Translations under genes and position numbers: made by a program
Source of the DNA: Phoronis australis
Taxonomy: Eukaryota > Animalia > Phoronida
Length of the DNA stretch: 64,000 bases
Reading direction: 5' to 3'
NCBI GenBank assembly: GCA_002633005.1
Contig: NMRA01000279.1
Span: 197,233 to 261,232, forward strand
Part shown: in pieces, positions 12,921-26,740 of the stretch
Layout of the letters: every line of letters begins with the position of its first letter
How positions within the stretch are numbered: position 1 is the stretch's first letter
The notes under the pieces: generated by a model
Told to the model about the DNA's origin: nothing
What the model saw: only the letters and a program-made list of their open reading frames with translations
Database searches by the model: none

Positions 12921-13298
12921 ACCACCACCACCACCACCACCATCATCATCACCATCACCATCACCATCATCCTCATCATCGTCATCATCATCACTATTAC
13001 CATCACCACCATCATCATCATCATCANNNNNNNNNNNNNNNNNNNNNNNNNNNNNNNNNNNNNNNNNNNNNNNNNNNNNNNNNNNNNNNNNNNNNNNNNN
13101 NNNNNNNNNNNNNNNNNNNNNNNNNNNNNNNNNNNNNNNNNNNNNNNNNNNNNNNNNNNNNNNNNNNNNNNNNNNNNNNNNNNNNNNNNNNNNNNNNNNN
13201 NNNNNNNNNNNNNNNNNNNNNNNNNNNNNNNNNNNNNNNNNNNNNNNNNTCATCATCATCATCATCATCACCATCATCATCAACATCATCATTATCAT
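12921..13298. repeat. (CAC/CAT)n microsatellite
   Basis: Direct observation. Confidence 0.97.
13027..13250. other. Assembly gap (N run) inside a (CAT/CAC)n microsatellite
   Basis: 224 Ns flanked on both sides by CAT/CAC triplets. Confidence 0.99.
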
Positions 13299-13342
13299 TT
13301 ATTATGTCCAGCATTACCTGGTTTCGCTGATTCGTTTTACAG

Positions 13343-13572
13343 GCCAACCCATAGTACGTCGGACCTGCTCTAAAACTCTGGACTTCCAACTTATTCCAAT
13401 CAATGGCGTATGTAGAAGAGAAAGTAATGGTGAGGGGTACATCTGTATGTGCGGCACGGACGAGTGCAACCATGCGGCGACCCGTCACGCGAGCGCGGGC
13501 GCTCAGACGGCAATTTGGCTGGCAGTCGTGATGCAGATAGTGACTGCTATTGGCGGCTTATTGATGGAGTGA
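13343..13572 (+). CDS. qvr: Quiver/sleepless-like protein, terminal exon (GQPIVRRTCSKTLDFQLIPINGVCRRESNGEGYICMCGTDECN + GPI-signal-like hydrophobic tail, TGA)
   Basis: Acceptor gttttacag, phase 1. Has the CxCxxDxCN Ly6 terminus followed by small residues and a hydrophobic C-terminus (AIWLAVVMQIVTAIGGLLME*). This exon is missed by the ORF track. Confidence 0.92.
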
Positions 13573-15404
13573 ACATTCTGGTCACGTTATTAGACTAATA
13601 TGAAGAAATGTGCTCAGCGACTGTTGCCAACTCAACATACCTAAAACCTGTAAATCATGTCATATATAAAGCATGTTTGTGAACTTTGAAGTCGGCGTTG
13701 TTCGATCAAATTTCACTTTAAGGAAATCCTCAGGACTGTATTACATAAAATTTATCAACTGCTGAAAGGAGGGAAGGGGGGGATATCTTTCTTACCCACT
13801 TCTTGAAAGGCAAATTACAAACCAGGTTGCACAAGCACGCAAAATGTTCTCGAACGCTTTCAAACAGTGACGGAATATTATTTCCGTCTCCGAAAGTCGC
13901 CCAAAAAGAAAATCTATAAAAAAACTTCAGTTTTGACAGGGTTGGCCATCAATGAATGCCAGAGACTGCTGTTGATATCATGTAATACCAGAGGCTATTG
14001 TTGATATGCCAAAACCTGCATTTACTGGAAACGATGTACTGACGCAATGTTTCCTTTCGGAATGTATTTTGTTCATCTTGACATATTTTGAAACTGTTTT
14101 GGTCGAGTTTTATAAAAACCGAAAACGCGACGATCATAGCACAATGCCAACATTGTGTGCCACAACAGAAAAACCGGCTGACATTTTATGAACTTGCTCA
14201 CTGCCTCAACCTTTTGGTTTGAGGAATTGTTATTTTTATTGATTTCATTTCAACAGATATCTACTGCAAAGTTTCAAAATTGCTTTGATAGTTGTCCAAA
14301 ATTTACAAAAATATAACGTTTCCATGTCTTTTATAATCACTGTGAAAAAATATATTCGCCAACTAATGTTGAGAATTTGCAGTGGAACCTTCAGTTTCCA
14401 TCACATTAACTCTGGGCGAGCTTACTCGACACTAGAGACAAAAGCACCTCAAGCAAGCGCCTGGCAACGGTAGGAGTTTTGTGGAACTCCCAGACCCTGT
14501 TTGGGTAATAATTTGAGCAGGCCAGGAACGCAACCGGCAAACGTTAACGAAGGCAAAACTATTCAGTGTGGAAGACAACATGAGGAATTCGGACCCTTTC
14601 GTGCGATACGACTGACTTTCTAAAGACGACAGTGTAACCAAATTTCATCCACTCTCGGAAGCTTTAACTGATTATGGAAAATGAGTTTGAAAGATGTCCC
14701 TTCAAAGGATGACCACTGTTAACTATCGTATTGATTGACGGTTGATCGTAAGTTCTCGTACACGAGGGCCTTGCAGGCTTATTATGGTTTCCGCCATGGA
14801 CAACCGCAGTTAACTGCCCGGTTAGTGTTTAGAAACCAACCAGTAGCTTGATTACGTTCAGTATTAGCGTAATTTGACGTTTTTTTTTATTTTCACCTCG
14901 AGATGTTTTATAATTGCTATGTATCCGTAGTAGTGAGAGTTTTTAAAATTTGCACTGTGTGAGCATTGCAAGAGTGCCGCTGGAGTGCCGTGTTTTGTTT
15001 TTTCAGTACTTTGTGAGTTTGCATTCTGAATGGTGTTTTGAAGTTTTCACCGCCCCCCGAGTGTGTTAAGGAAGACTGCTTTGAGTCGCAGTAACTCGGA
15101 GGAAATTGGCGACTTACTTGAACACTGACCTCTACCGGTGGAAATTTGTTGCCACAACGGTGTAGAAATGTTTGCTCCAAGACAGTGTGTTAGAGTCGGA
15201 GCAAGCCACGTGCTGACAATCAAACTTTACTTTGCCAATAGGTAGTGGTCCATCCAATTCTGAGTTTGGAACGTGCGCAGATGAGTTCGAATCTTTGCGC
15301 TGGGCCACAGCCGCGGTTTCATTGCTTCCAACGTGTACCTTCGAGACAACTTCAGTTGGTGAAGACCCAGTGGTTTGTTATATCTTGTATTATTAATTCA
15401 TTTA

Positions 15405-15458
15405 TATTATTATTATTATTATTATTATTGTCATTATTATTATTATTACTATTATTAT
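15405..15458. repeat. (TTA)n microsatellite
   Basis: Direct observation. Confidence 0.92.
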
Positions 15459-15593
15459 ATGATTTGGACAGATTATGGAGTTACAAATCAGTATCACGGA
15501 GTCATTAAATCGCACCATCGACCGTTACTACGGTAACGCTGTTTTCGCAATTTGTTATTGACGTTGCAATTACTTCATCGAGGTTCGAACCTG

Positions 15594-15828
15594 GGCGCTC
15601 GTTCTAAGAAAACTGACTTAGCTCAGACAAATTTCATTCAACTTTAAGATAAAACTTAAATTTGTGTCAAAACCGTTTCAATAAAGAGATCTTAAGGTTG
15701 GCTGAAGTTTTTCACTTAAGTTTTGTCTCAATTTTGACTATATTACCGGGTGTGCAAGTTTGGAAGTTGGGGCAAATCTTAGACTTAAGTCCAAAATTAA
15801 CTTAAGTCAGTTTCTTGGAACGAGCCAC
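15594..15828. mobile_element. MITE family B
   Basis: TIRs gctcgttctaagaaaactgactta / taagtcagtttcttggaacgagc. Related copy at ~48140-48364 and a fragment at 50992-51074. Confidence 0.75.
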
Positions 15829-18144
15829 TGGTCTCTCATTTCCCAAGCCTCGGTTTTACCACTAGTCGCGCCATCAGAGTCGCAGGTGTTAAAGAATTTT
15901 TTGTCATCCGGATTCTGGCGTCACGCTTTCTGTACTTGTTCATTCAAACGTTCTTCAAGGCATCGTAGTTCCCACCAGCACGCTATTTCACATTTTAAAA
16001 GACTAAAATGTTCACTGCCTTTCAATACACATCATTTGCTCTACCTTATAGCGCGTTGCTCTGGTTGTGCTAACACGCAGCTCTAGCGATCGCATTGATT
16101 TAACGAAATGGCGATTGTATATTATTTTGCATTACAAAAGACCGTTATACATTTGCGAAACGTGTCTTCTCCCAAAACATAATCGACTTTTCAAAAGCTT
16201 TCGACAACGTTTTGGATACAAAACTATTAGCTGAAAGACAGAGTGATGCGATTGAAAGCCTAAGCATATCTTCCTTCCATGAGTACTTAGCGGTAGCAAC
16301 CATGTAATAAAACAGTTACTGACTTTCATACGCAGTCAATACATTGGTTTCCACGGCGTAGTCTCGGTCATAATCACATTTTGTGTGGCCTGAAAACCAA
16401 CATATCGACTCCGGTGAATGTTAGTGACTGTATAATTTACCATCGTTTGGAAATTGCCATTGTGTATATTCTCATGTCTTATTACTGTGTAGTGCTGACT
16501 ATTTTCACAACCGTACATTGTACCTCGACATATTTGTTTTTAATACAGTTGTTATGGTAACGCTCGTGTATCTGAGCCGGAGTGACAAACGAAAATAATC
16601 TCAGTGTTTCTTCGTCTATATTCCAATGTATCGTGCACAGTTTTGCGACAATCACCAAAGTAAGTAGCACTTTAAAACCCTCTCTAGTTCCCGGCTGTGA
16701 TACTCTGATGTTTAGGATCTCCGTATTTTATTTATGACATTGCATGGTGCATAGGTTGATAAATAAATTTTGATTGTAATAGAAACATGTTTTAATGTCC
16801 AGAAATCCTAATATTTATAAACCGCTAATGCACACCTTACTTTATACCACTAGAGGTTCTTTACAAGCCCGTAACGAGATAAAAATTGTGGGGGGGAGGG
16901 GCCACAAATTCAACTTCACCATACTCTGCCACCTCCGGGCAATGCCAACGTCAAAATACATGCAACTCATTAAATAATGACATAAGTCTTCATCCATTCA
17001 GGGTAGTTCAGATTTAATTTCACGTTGACTAGTAATTTTTTACTCTTACAAGGAATTCCAAAAAGAAGAACATTTTCAAGAAGTTGACGTTAAAATCACG
17101 ATTGAAGTTTCTAGCGCTAAGAATGCACCCGTTCGAGCACGTGATTCCAAATCCTTCCATGTTATTGCTGGCAAAAGTTGTCTATTAAAAACTTATCTCA
17201 GACACACTGAACAAATAAATTAAGATGGGAAATGAGTTTCTTATAATGACACGAGACCACTTGGGTTCACAGACATCAAGTGACCACAGACGAGGAGGAG
17301 GGGTGGTGACCAGACAAACACTGCGCAGTGTTTGACCTTTGTTTTAACTGTGAGTCACTATGACTATGATCTCAGAAGAATTAACGAGTGAGAATTAAGT
17401 GGAAAACAAAAACAACGTTAGAATGCAGCTTGAAAACGACGTTTCGATAATAGTCAAATGTCATCCTCAGGTACAATGTTACTATTTTCTTTCTAAATAC
17501 AATCGTACAAACTGTACTGTTCTTGTGATTTGGACAAAATTAATAAATAAGATTACATCAGACTCTAGAGTTCTGAAACGAACGTTTTGTTCCTGATGGC
17601 AACAACCCTCATGGGCACTTCACCGTGTGTAAGAGCTTTCAAAAAGCCCCTCGTCGAGGACTTCACTCTCACGGAACACAATGTTTCTGCTACTGATATG
17701 TCCAAAAACCAATTAAGCGGTCTAAAACGACGTGACTTCAAAAACGTTGAGAAAAAACAATCATGCATCTTTTTAGCTCGTTTCAAGTGGAATTATTATT
17801 TTTTTTGAAAAAGCGTGCAACTAAGAAAAATACCTCACCACGAACTGGATTTTCATACCCCAGACCAGAACCAACCATGCATTTTTGTCACAAATAAATA
17901 GTATGAGTCAAATTGTGAGTGTGTAAAGACAGAAGCACGGCGTTCTTCTCATTCCAGGGGTCTGTTGCGTGAAGTTGACAGGAATTTGGTCTAACGTTCC
18001 TCATAAATATTTCCGAAAAATAATTAAAATTCATTTTAGAAAATAATAGAGCATCTAAGTCTATATCCATACTCACGTTTCTTACTGAGGAAATTTGTAC
18101 GCGTCATTTCCGGGAGTGATGCTCTCATGATTACACAATTGAAA

Positions 18145-18409
18145 CGTACGCGCACTCAGGGGGGGGGGGGGGGGTCTGGAAAGAGCCCCCCACCATTTGT
18201 CGAAGTGGGCAAAAAGGTCCGCCTCACTCAGAGAAACAAAAACTCCGAAAACAGGAGATGACGACAAAATGCCCACTAAATAGGCAGGAACTGCAAAAAT
18301 TCGGCGAACACCTAATTTTCATAGCTCCGAACGTACCTCGTGAATCTTAGTAAAAGGTCCACATTCTCAAAAATTCGATCACCCCATTTTTAAACTGGGT
18401 GCGCGCCTG
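18145..18409. mobile_element. Non-autonomous TIR element, family A copy
   Basis: Ends cgtacgcgcactcag ... ctgggtgcgcgcctg. Internal caaaaaggtccgcc..cagagaaacaaaaactccgaaaa is shared with the 6670 and 7590 copies. Confidence 0.75.
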
Positions 18410-20404
18410 CTAAGCATTTGTTTGGCAATCGTGAAGAGGAAGCATAAGACATCATTTCTGTCTTGACTCACTTTTCATGAAACAAAGCCTTGTGCACGTA
18501 TTTCAAGACACTCTTGGCGCCATAAAAAATCTTATTCCCGAAAATCTGGTCTACACAAGGACTGTCGCACATATAACTATCCTTAAATAATCCTTCACAA
18601 ATAATTGTCTCTGAGTTTGCCAAATTTGTATTCTTTGGATTCTGGTCATCCATATTTTTCAGTACAGTCCAACATTTTTGGTTGTTTGATAAGCATGATG
18701 TGGTGCTCTGCAGGGAAATGTTTTGCAGTTTATCGCGTCCGCTAATTTGAAATTTAATTTACTTCAACGCGTGAATAGATGACAGACTCGATGAATTCCG
18801 TTAATACAATTTTCAATATGCGGGTATAAATTAAAAATCCGGTTTTTGTTCAACATATCATTTACAAAACGAAAATTGGAAAATTTGATTTCAAGTCAAT
18901 ATCTTATTTTCTATTTGTAAAATGAAAGTAAAAAATTTGATTTTTGTCCAATATCACATTTCGAGTTTACAAAACAAAATAAAAAATTCAATGCACTTCC
19001 GTTTTCAAAAACCGATATTAGATTTTATAGTGGAGAGCACTGAGTTCCAGCGAACCTGAAACGACGGCATTAGCGATATGTAATAAAATCACAAAAACAG
19101 AACGGATTTTATCGTTTTATAGCTCTGCTGAAAGCTAACGACCTCAATAAGTCTGTCTCAAACAATAAAGGCTATGGTATTTAAAACGAGTGGGAAAAAG
19201 CGACAACAGGGCCGTTCCATCGGCAGCGCATCATTTTAATGACATGTAAACGTAAGCCAGCACTGTCGTGTTCACGTGAAGTGTTCTTTTATGGCCGCCT
19301 GCAATGAAAGGTCGCAAATAGAAAAGAGGACTAAGCAGCGGCCATGGGTGCCACCATAGGGGAGATCCTTAAATATTAAACAGTGAATGAACGGCAGTTC
19401 AGTGTTATAATCACGGTTCCTCTCCATCACGGAACCCTTTGACACCAGGATACACAATATCAACGCATGAAAAGGGTAAAATTTGTCTTTGTCTGCGACA
19501 AGGGACAGCGTGGACACATGGTGTGGAGAAACGGAGTTTGCTTAGGCTGTAAAACCAGTCTTTTTGAATTAAAAAAAAATAGGTATAAATTTGCTTTTGA
19601 AAATGCGTGCATATCAAGTTTTCCCGGACCTCTTGCCCCGACCGAAGCTCCCAAAAATAATTTTTAGAGTCTGGTAAAATACATTTCGTCAAAAACGCCA
19701 CAAGCGCCGGCTGTCAGGGAGGAACTTGCCCGCCCGTAGCCGGGCTCCACTTTTACTCTCCCTCACTTGAGTAAGGAACACTTAATGCTTCCCGTCAAAT
19801 ATTTTGCGCTGTAAATCACCTGTTTGCCAGCGAAGTATTGTCCTTGTTTATCAAAAATTACGGGAGGATCACCCGCTCGTACCTAACCTTTCACCTGGAG
19901 CCACCTGGGGGCAGCCACTGGCGAGTCATGAAATAGCGCCGTAGACCGAACGCTGAGAACAGTGGAGTGCATTTTTCATTTTTTCTTTGCTATAACCAGG
20001 AATCGCATTTTGTTTCGTTTTGGTTTGGTAGTAATATCGCTCCAGATTTGGAAGATCAACTTCCTCCCGGCCCGGCCTCAATGTTAGGTATCGCGGCGAT
20101 CCCGTATTCGCCAATAGATGGCAGAACAAAAATCATCCCAAAGTGTTTCGCAATATCAAGAGTAGCTCTGTATGATTCATTGATCAAGTGCTGTGAGTTG
20201 CAACCGGTCGTATAGTCCATCCCAACACCATTAAATGTTATGGAAAACTCAAGTTGATCGTCTTTCTGACCCGTTCTGGTAAGTTAAGTTTCAGTAGAGT
20301 GTAGTCTATGGTACATTCATGCGCACTTTGCAGCCAAGATTGCAGTGCCTTTTTTGTTAACGTCCCGATCCCGAGTGGAGAGACCCGAGAACAACCCCCG
20401 GCCA

Positions 20405-20445
20405 CGACGGCAACGTCACTCGTCAGACGTTACGTCAGTCAAGAA
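20405..20445 (+). promoter_or_regulatory. Candidate OSBPL promoter: CpG-rich patch with CRE/ATF-like ACGTCA sites and an Inr-like TCAGT
   Basis: caACGTCActcgtcagacgtTACGTCAGTc. Locally CpG-rich. Position-based inference only. Confidence 0.3.
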
Positions 20446-22847
20446 GTATTAAAGAGCTGGCAGCGGCCAGGCAATAGTAATTCTTAGCGGTCCCATTGTC
20501 TGAATTTGAGAATCATTTTCAGGCGTTATTCATTGATGGCCTGGTTTTGTCAAGGACCACTGAAAGGAGCCACCTATAGCTAGCAGATTTTTTGCAACTT
20601 TGTGGAGGCTCTACCCACAGCCCACAGCTGACCTGCAGCACATGTTTGCACAAACACAAGTCTCTGGAGAGATGGTCTAGCCAGCCAGTCATCTAGCTGT
20701 ATGAAGACTAACGTCAAAATACAGCTAGGAACTGCTGTGTGTTAACTTCACATAGACCTCTAAATTTCACACTACCCCTTCTGTAGGCCTAAAAGTCGCG
20801 TAAACCGCTCCCTCTTTAAAATGTCTACCGGGAACCAGTTTTCACTGAGTAGTGGACGTTGCTGTTACTCAGTGAAAACTGGTGCCCGGCAGCCATTTTC
20901 AAGATGGACCCGTATACTCGACTTTTACCCGTTGTTCTTCTCACCTTGTTGTGAAACTAATTCTGATATGTTGGGATATATGCAACCTTACCTATGGAAA
21001 AACAGTTATTTGAAGATTTGTCGAAAAAAGAAATTGGCCAACAGGCGATGCTCTATTTTATGACGCTGAAAGCTGATGTATAATATCGCTCCACAAATTT
21101 AGCTGCAGATTTAACGGTAGAATAGCAATATTTTAGCACCAGTATTTAATTTAGTTTACTCAAGGAAGAGTGTAGTTTTTAATTTTGTGTCTGATTTGAT
21201 TTCGCCAGTTTTTTACCGACATGAACCAAAGCTGTATATTTATACTGTTTTGCACCAACTTGAAGGCTGTAGGCGGTGTTACGTCCCCATTGAAAGCTAC
21301 TTTACACTTTGCAGCGTATGACATCAAATGAAGCATGTATTATGCAATGAGTTATAATTAACATGTACCAACATACTGCACGCAATATAAAGGTCGGTGG
21401 ATCCAGCTTCTTACGAAATGGGAGGTCCAAGTAAAGCGATAAGCTTCTGAAGAGAGTTAAAAGAAAACAGTGTTTCCTAGGAATGTGAGAATCAGATCTC
21501 GTTTTTCAAGCGGTGATCATATAGTGGCAAAGGTTATCTCACTGGTGAGGAAGACCTAAAGCTGCTTACTGTACAGTCATTCGGTTATATAAACAAATTC
21601 TTTTTATTCTCAGTAAAATTTCTGTAGTTTCGGAGAGTTTGGGACACTGAAATTCGAGCTGAAGTTGATTCTGAAGATTGGGTGAAGGACAATTTTGGCA
21701 TTTTTCATGTTGTCAAATGTCACCAGTATAGGACACAATGTGGCAGACGAGGAATTTTAATTTCTCATTTTCATGAAAGATAGGTAGCGCCAAAATAATT
21801 CTCAGTCGTGTTCAAGGTACCATAGCATCCAACAGAATATGAGTAATTTGAGTGATGTTGGGAGACCGTGAAAGAGGAAAGAGGATAATTTTAGCAATTA
21901 TTTTTGTCCGAAATTTGTGAGATTTTGCCGTAAATATCGGTCACTGCGGTTTGTAAGAACAGCGTCTGGAAATAGAATCGAGCAGTTCATCGAAAATAGC
22001 CGCCAACACTATCCTATGTTTTCATTTACCAGTATTTCCAAAGTGTGACCGGTAATATTGAGGCGACCTATTGTTAGACATTGACCATTATTGGCTTTGA
22101 TGACTGGGAAGTAACCCATCATCTGTAGGGCACTCTGGTAGGATGCCGAGACATCGTGAACTTAAAGTCTGGTGTAGAACTGAAATCATTCGACACTTTT
22201 GGAAGTCCTTGATCCATTAAAAATGGGAATTATAAACCTTCACTACTTTTTAATTTGCCTGAATGTGTAAAACATGAGTTGTATTTATTCATTTAGACTA
22301 AAGAAATGTTATTGGGTTTTGCTACTGTTTTGCTGTCTCTGAGCATTGATCTGGGCGAGTATGGTAAGTGTTCCTATGAACCATACACAGTATTCTTCAA
22401 AAAATATATACGCAGTGAAGCATCCTGCATGTGACACCCAAGAGTCGATTTGGTGGTGGAAATAAATGTCTTCACCATTTTTTCACTCTAGTCTGTTAAT
22501 ATTAGAAAGCATATGAGCCAAAGGAGGTATTTCAAGTCTCCTTTAGTAAAGAGTAGGTATTTTTGCTACTGAAATTGTCTTTTCATTACCCCCAGGGTAA
22601 CGGGAGTGGTACGCATTTCGGGAGCTGCAATTCTCGCGACATGGTGCTCAAAAAGAGTCAGTCACTTTGGAGAAGTATTGAATGTATTAACTTGAGATGG
22701 GCGCTAAGCCAAGTGTGGGGATTTAATAATGAAAATACGGAAAATTCTGGGGTTCCAGAGCATTAGTGGAACATGGGTGTTAGTATGTAACTCTTGATTT
22801 TCAATTCAATACAAAATGCTTTGTTGTAACCTTTTTAAAAATAGAGG

Positions 22848-22945
22848 AAGCAGTGTGGCCTTGTGGGATAAGCGTCCGCGTCCTTTACTCAAGGTCGTGG
22901 GTTCAAGGGCTTCTGGGGCACACCACTAGACCCTTGAGTTAGGTT
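22848..22945 (+). mobile_element. Decayed tRNA-derived SINE head
   Basis: A-box-like gTGGCCTTGTGG and B-box-like GGGTTCAAG at tRNA spacing, followed by cccttgag. No cloverleaf. Confidence 0.5.
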
Positions 22946-24451
22946 TGTAACATCTCAGCTTGGTTTTAACCAAAGCATAAGATAATTCCAGGTGATTAGT
23001 GCAATGGGCCGACCTGAGCGGCTTGCTCACACCTGGTACAACGTGTACCAGAATGCCTGCAACTATTATTTTTTATTTTCAAAAATAACTTTCCAGCTAC
23101 CAAAATGAACCTGGAATTTGGACAAAGTATGTGTTTATCTTGTCCTGCACAGGGTGGTTTAGAGACATGAGGCCATATCAAAGGAAAGTCAGCCTGTGTG
23201 GGTCTAGGAACCCTTATGTAACCTTATCTGTAGTTATATTTGTTCACTTAAGTGCTTCACCTCTTTGTCAGAAGTATTGAGATAAGGAATTAGTATAGCC
23301 AGGTTTTTGGAAGGTGACACTATTAAAGGGTCCTCTTTGTTGGGAGTATGAAGTTAAGGAATAAGAAGAGCCTTGTTTTTGGGAGATGATACTATTAAAG
23401 GTACCTCTTTGTTGGGAGCTTCCAGTCTTGGAGACTTGCATGGTATTTACAGGAAATTGATTCAAAGAAATCATATGAGTAATCCGACAGCAACTCTTGA
23501 TTTTCAGTTCAGCGCAAAATTTTGTGCTGCAACCTTTTCAAAAATAACTTTTCAACCATCAAAGTGAACCTAGGGTGTGGCTATGAATTAACCCACAGTT
23601 GTGGGTGGTGTGTGCCTTGCACGTTCTATCTCAAGTTACCTCTTTTATTGATTTTTTCTACTGCAAATTCACACTCAAATTAATGATCTTTAATTTACGT
23701 CATATAATTCTAAGCTTAACCCAGTATGCATAACAAGCTGCTGCTTGTTACCCCCACAATTGTTTCAATTAAATCTGTCAGTACTCACCGTGGTAAAGTT
23801 TCTTCCTATTAAAACACAATATGGGAGAACAGTAAAATATTATTTTATCAAAAATTTCAACTAGAATAAACAAGAAGATAATTTACTTGATTATTTGAAA
23901 ATTTTATATGGTCTGGCTGTCATCATGTAACTGGCGATGAAATTTGAACATTGCAGCAGTATAGTGAGTGTTTCTGTTTCTGTTTCTGTTTCTGTAGTGA
24001 CGTCATAGGGTAGGCACCGGGATAGTCTCTGGCCCTCCTTCTTCCAGTATTGAACGCAATGTAAATTTGGAGATGCGACCAAGTTTGTGCTGGAAAGCAA
24101 AAAAATGACAATTTTGGCCTTTACTTTTGCTTGAATTTGTGAAAACCTTACCGTACCAAGTGATGTCAACTGCAGAATCACAACAAGTGTGGAAGCCTAG
24201 GTTGTGTTAAATCATACGTCTTTTGTTACGTGGTGGCTATTAACAGGAAATGTGATTGATTGAATCCTTGCATGTCTTCAGTGGCCTTCACTCCGTAAAT
24301 ATGTACTGGCTACATCTTAACTTAAGTGATTCCACACATAGACTTAACCTAGAACAAGTTACTCCTCGAAGAGTTGTCGCTAGGTTAGATGGCTATCTGG
24401 ACAATGTTTAAACTAGTGCAACTTAGCCTACTCTCGAGTTCCGAATAGTTG

Positions 24452-24888
24452 TAGAGACAGCAATAATAGTATAGACTGGAAAATTTCACGATTTTTAATA
24501 ATAGTAGAGACTAATAATAGTATTGACCCAAACACTAGAAAAGTAAAATACCAGAAATTGGCGAAAAAATTAATAATAGTATAGAATATCGGTATAGACG
24601 GCAAGTTTATGGAAATTTAAAGATAGTATAGACTGGAATAATAATATTGATTACAAATTTGGGTAAAATCTAATAATGATATAGAAGGAAAAAATAGTGC
24701 AAAACAGCAAATTCTAGGGAATAATGGTATAGACGGGAAATTTGTGGAAAATTAAGAATAGTATAGACTGGAATAATAACATTGATAACAAATTTGCGTA
24801 AAATCTAGTAACGGTAGATGGAAATAATAGGAAGTGCAAAATCTAATAATGATATAGATGGGAGCAATAGTGCAAAGAAGCAAATTCT
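24452..24888. repeat. Degenerate AT-rich minisatellite (aataatagtatagac core) with a higher-order ~130-bp duplication
   Basis: atagtatagactggaataata..attga..acaaatttg..gtaaaatcta occurs twice, and the short core recurs many times. Confidence 0.8.
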
Positions 24889-25629
24889 GTCCGACTTACC
24901 ACCGCTTTAATTGTTTCAAAGAAAAACCTTTAAACTGAACATTAGCATAGTTAAATTATTGCAGTGGTGTACCCACCCACGCAATAACATAGTACAGTGA
25001 AGTGAAATAAAAGTGTCATTGCTTGTTTATTCAATAACTTTAAATGGAAGTCTATACAGACGTGTTTCAAACAGTATGTGGAATCATTTTACTCAAAAAA
25101 GAATGTGACATTCATACTAGAAATGTCCAACTAATTAGCAGTTTACAATGATGTTTCTCTAATACTGGAGTTAAGTTAGTACGAAAGGACTAGTAGAATT
25201 TGCATATGTTCTGTTAACAGCCACTGGGCATGAGGGTCCTGTATTTAAATTCGACCTTATTTACAAGTTAAACATCATTGCATCTGGTTTAATGACCCTT
25301 TTAGACTACTAAGGTGGCATAATATAACAAGCAATTCTTTACCGTTATGAGAGGTTGAAAATAACCTACTCCTCCTCCCCTCTCACATATTTGGTAGACT
25401 ATAGATAGTCACCTTGAAGACAACAAATTTGTTGATGCCAACACTTTGTGTTGGTCACTTTAGCAAACCACTGCACAGCCTTTTGGTATGATAAGGATGA
25501 AGAATTTAACAAAAGAAAACTCACCTGCTTTAAATGGCCATGATGATCATGTGAGAGTGATAAGTGGTGAGGAATGATTGTCTAACAAATCTACCGTCTC
25601 CATTTAGTAACACGATGTATATATGTATA

Positions 25630-26740
25630 TTGCTGCCGTCTCTGTCTGGGTGTCCGGCAAGATCTTAAAAAGATTTGGAAGATGTGTTCCTATGAAGCTG
25701 ACGGCAGATGATGACGAGTTTCAGTCCGATCCGACTACTGTGTCCCCTACTGACAATTTTGATGGATTTTCATGAAATTTGGCAAATGCGTTATCATTAT
25801 GGGACGATGAAAACTTGTCATTTTTGTACTTATTTGATGCATCCTCAAGTGTCCATTTTTGTTTTCAAGTCAGTTTTTTTATCCATCTCTTTTATCCGCT
25901 AAATTGGTCAAACGATCATCGTCGATATATGTGTTCCTGCTCAGAAGACCATAGCTGACCTTGATTTTCAGACGGTCGGAGTACTGTGGTGTTTCCTAGT
26001 GGCAATTATATGATTTTTGCGTTTGCGGCTGTATCTCCTCAACTGTTTTCAAGATCTTTCTGAAATTTGGTAAATCTTCTCCTATGAGTGTGACGGCTGA
26101 CTTTTGGATGGATCTGACAACTGCTGTGTCCTGTTTTGGCAGTTTTATTTTTTAAGTTGGCATCTGTATCTTTGGAGTTTGTTGACGGATTTTCAAGAAA
26201 TTTGTGAATTCTAGAGGACAAAAACTTTTCTTTTGTCTCTCGATAGGATTCAATGGATTTTGTTCAACCTATTATTTTCTAGTCCAATTTTCAGCATTTG
26301 CCTTTATGTGCTGAACTGTAGAAAGGATCATCATGAAAATTTGCAAACTGGCAAACACCAAAGATGACGTTGATTTTTGGATGGGTCTGACGGCTGTAGT
26401 GCTCTCTAGTGGAAATTTAGTTGTTTCTTACGTCCAAGGCCATATTTCCTGAACTGCAGGATCTTTATGAAATTTGGCAGATGTTGAACAAGAGAAGCCT
26501 ACCACTTGCAAGGATCTGACTATGGCTATGCCCCCTAGTGGCAATTTTAGTTTTTCATGAAATTCTTGAATTATTTTTATTAGGGAGGTCAACCCTTCCC
26601 ATATTTGGACTGCTTGTCTTATTCCATGCCATCTGGTGGCCATTTTTATAATACTTATAGACACCCCCAGGATCATACCGTTTGGGGGGCAGTTGTGGGC
26701 ACATTTCAGTGCTTTGCATTGCTCTTGTTTCAACGAGGAC
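25630..26740 (+). repeat. Decayed interspersed repeat with internal subrepeats (gaaatttggca.., cctagtggc); related sequence ~45940-46330
   Basis: Recurrent ggatttt..atgaaatttggca and gacggctgtag..ccctagtggcaattt units. Confidence 0.5.

Noticed and set aside
12873-13488. Poly-His/Asp/Met/Ser ORFs in the track
   Set aside because: They are translations of a (CAT)n microsatellite and an N gap, not proteins.
14000-20000. Possible - strand gene suggested by isolated splice-like sites (e.g. acceptor near 19300, donor near 18075)
   Set aside because: No phase-consistent exon chain or protein similarity could be assembled.
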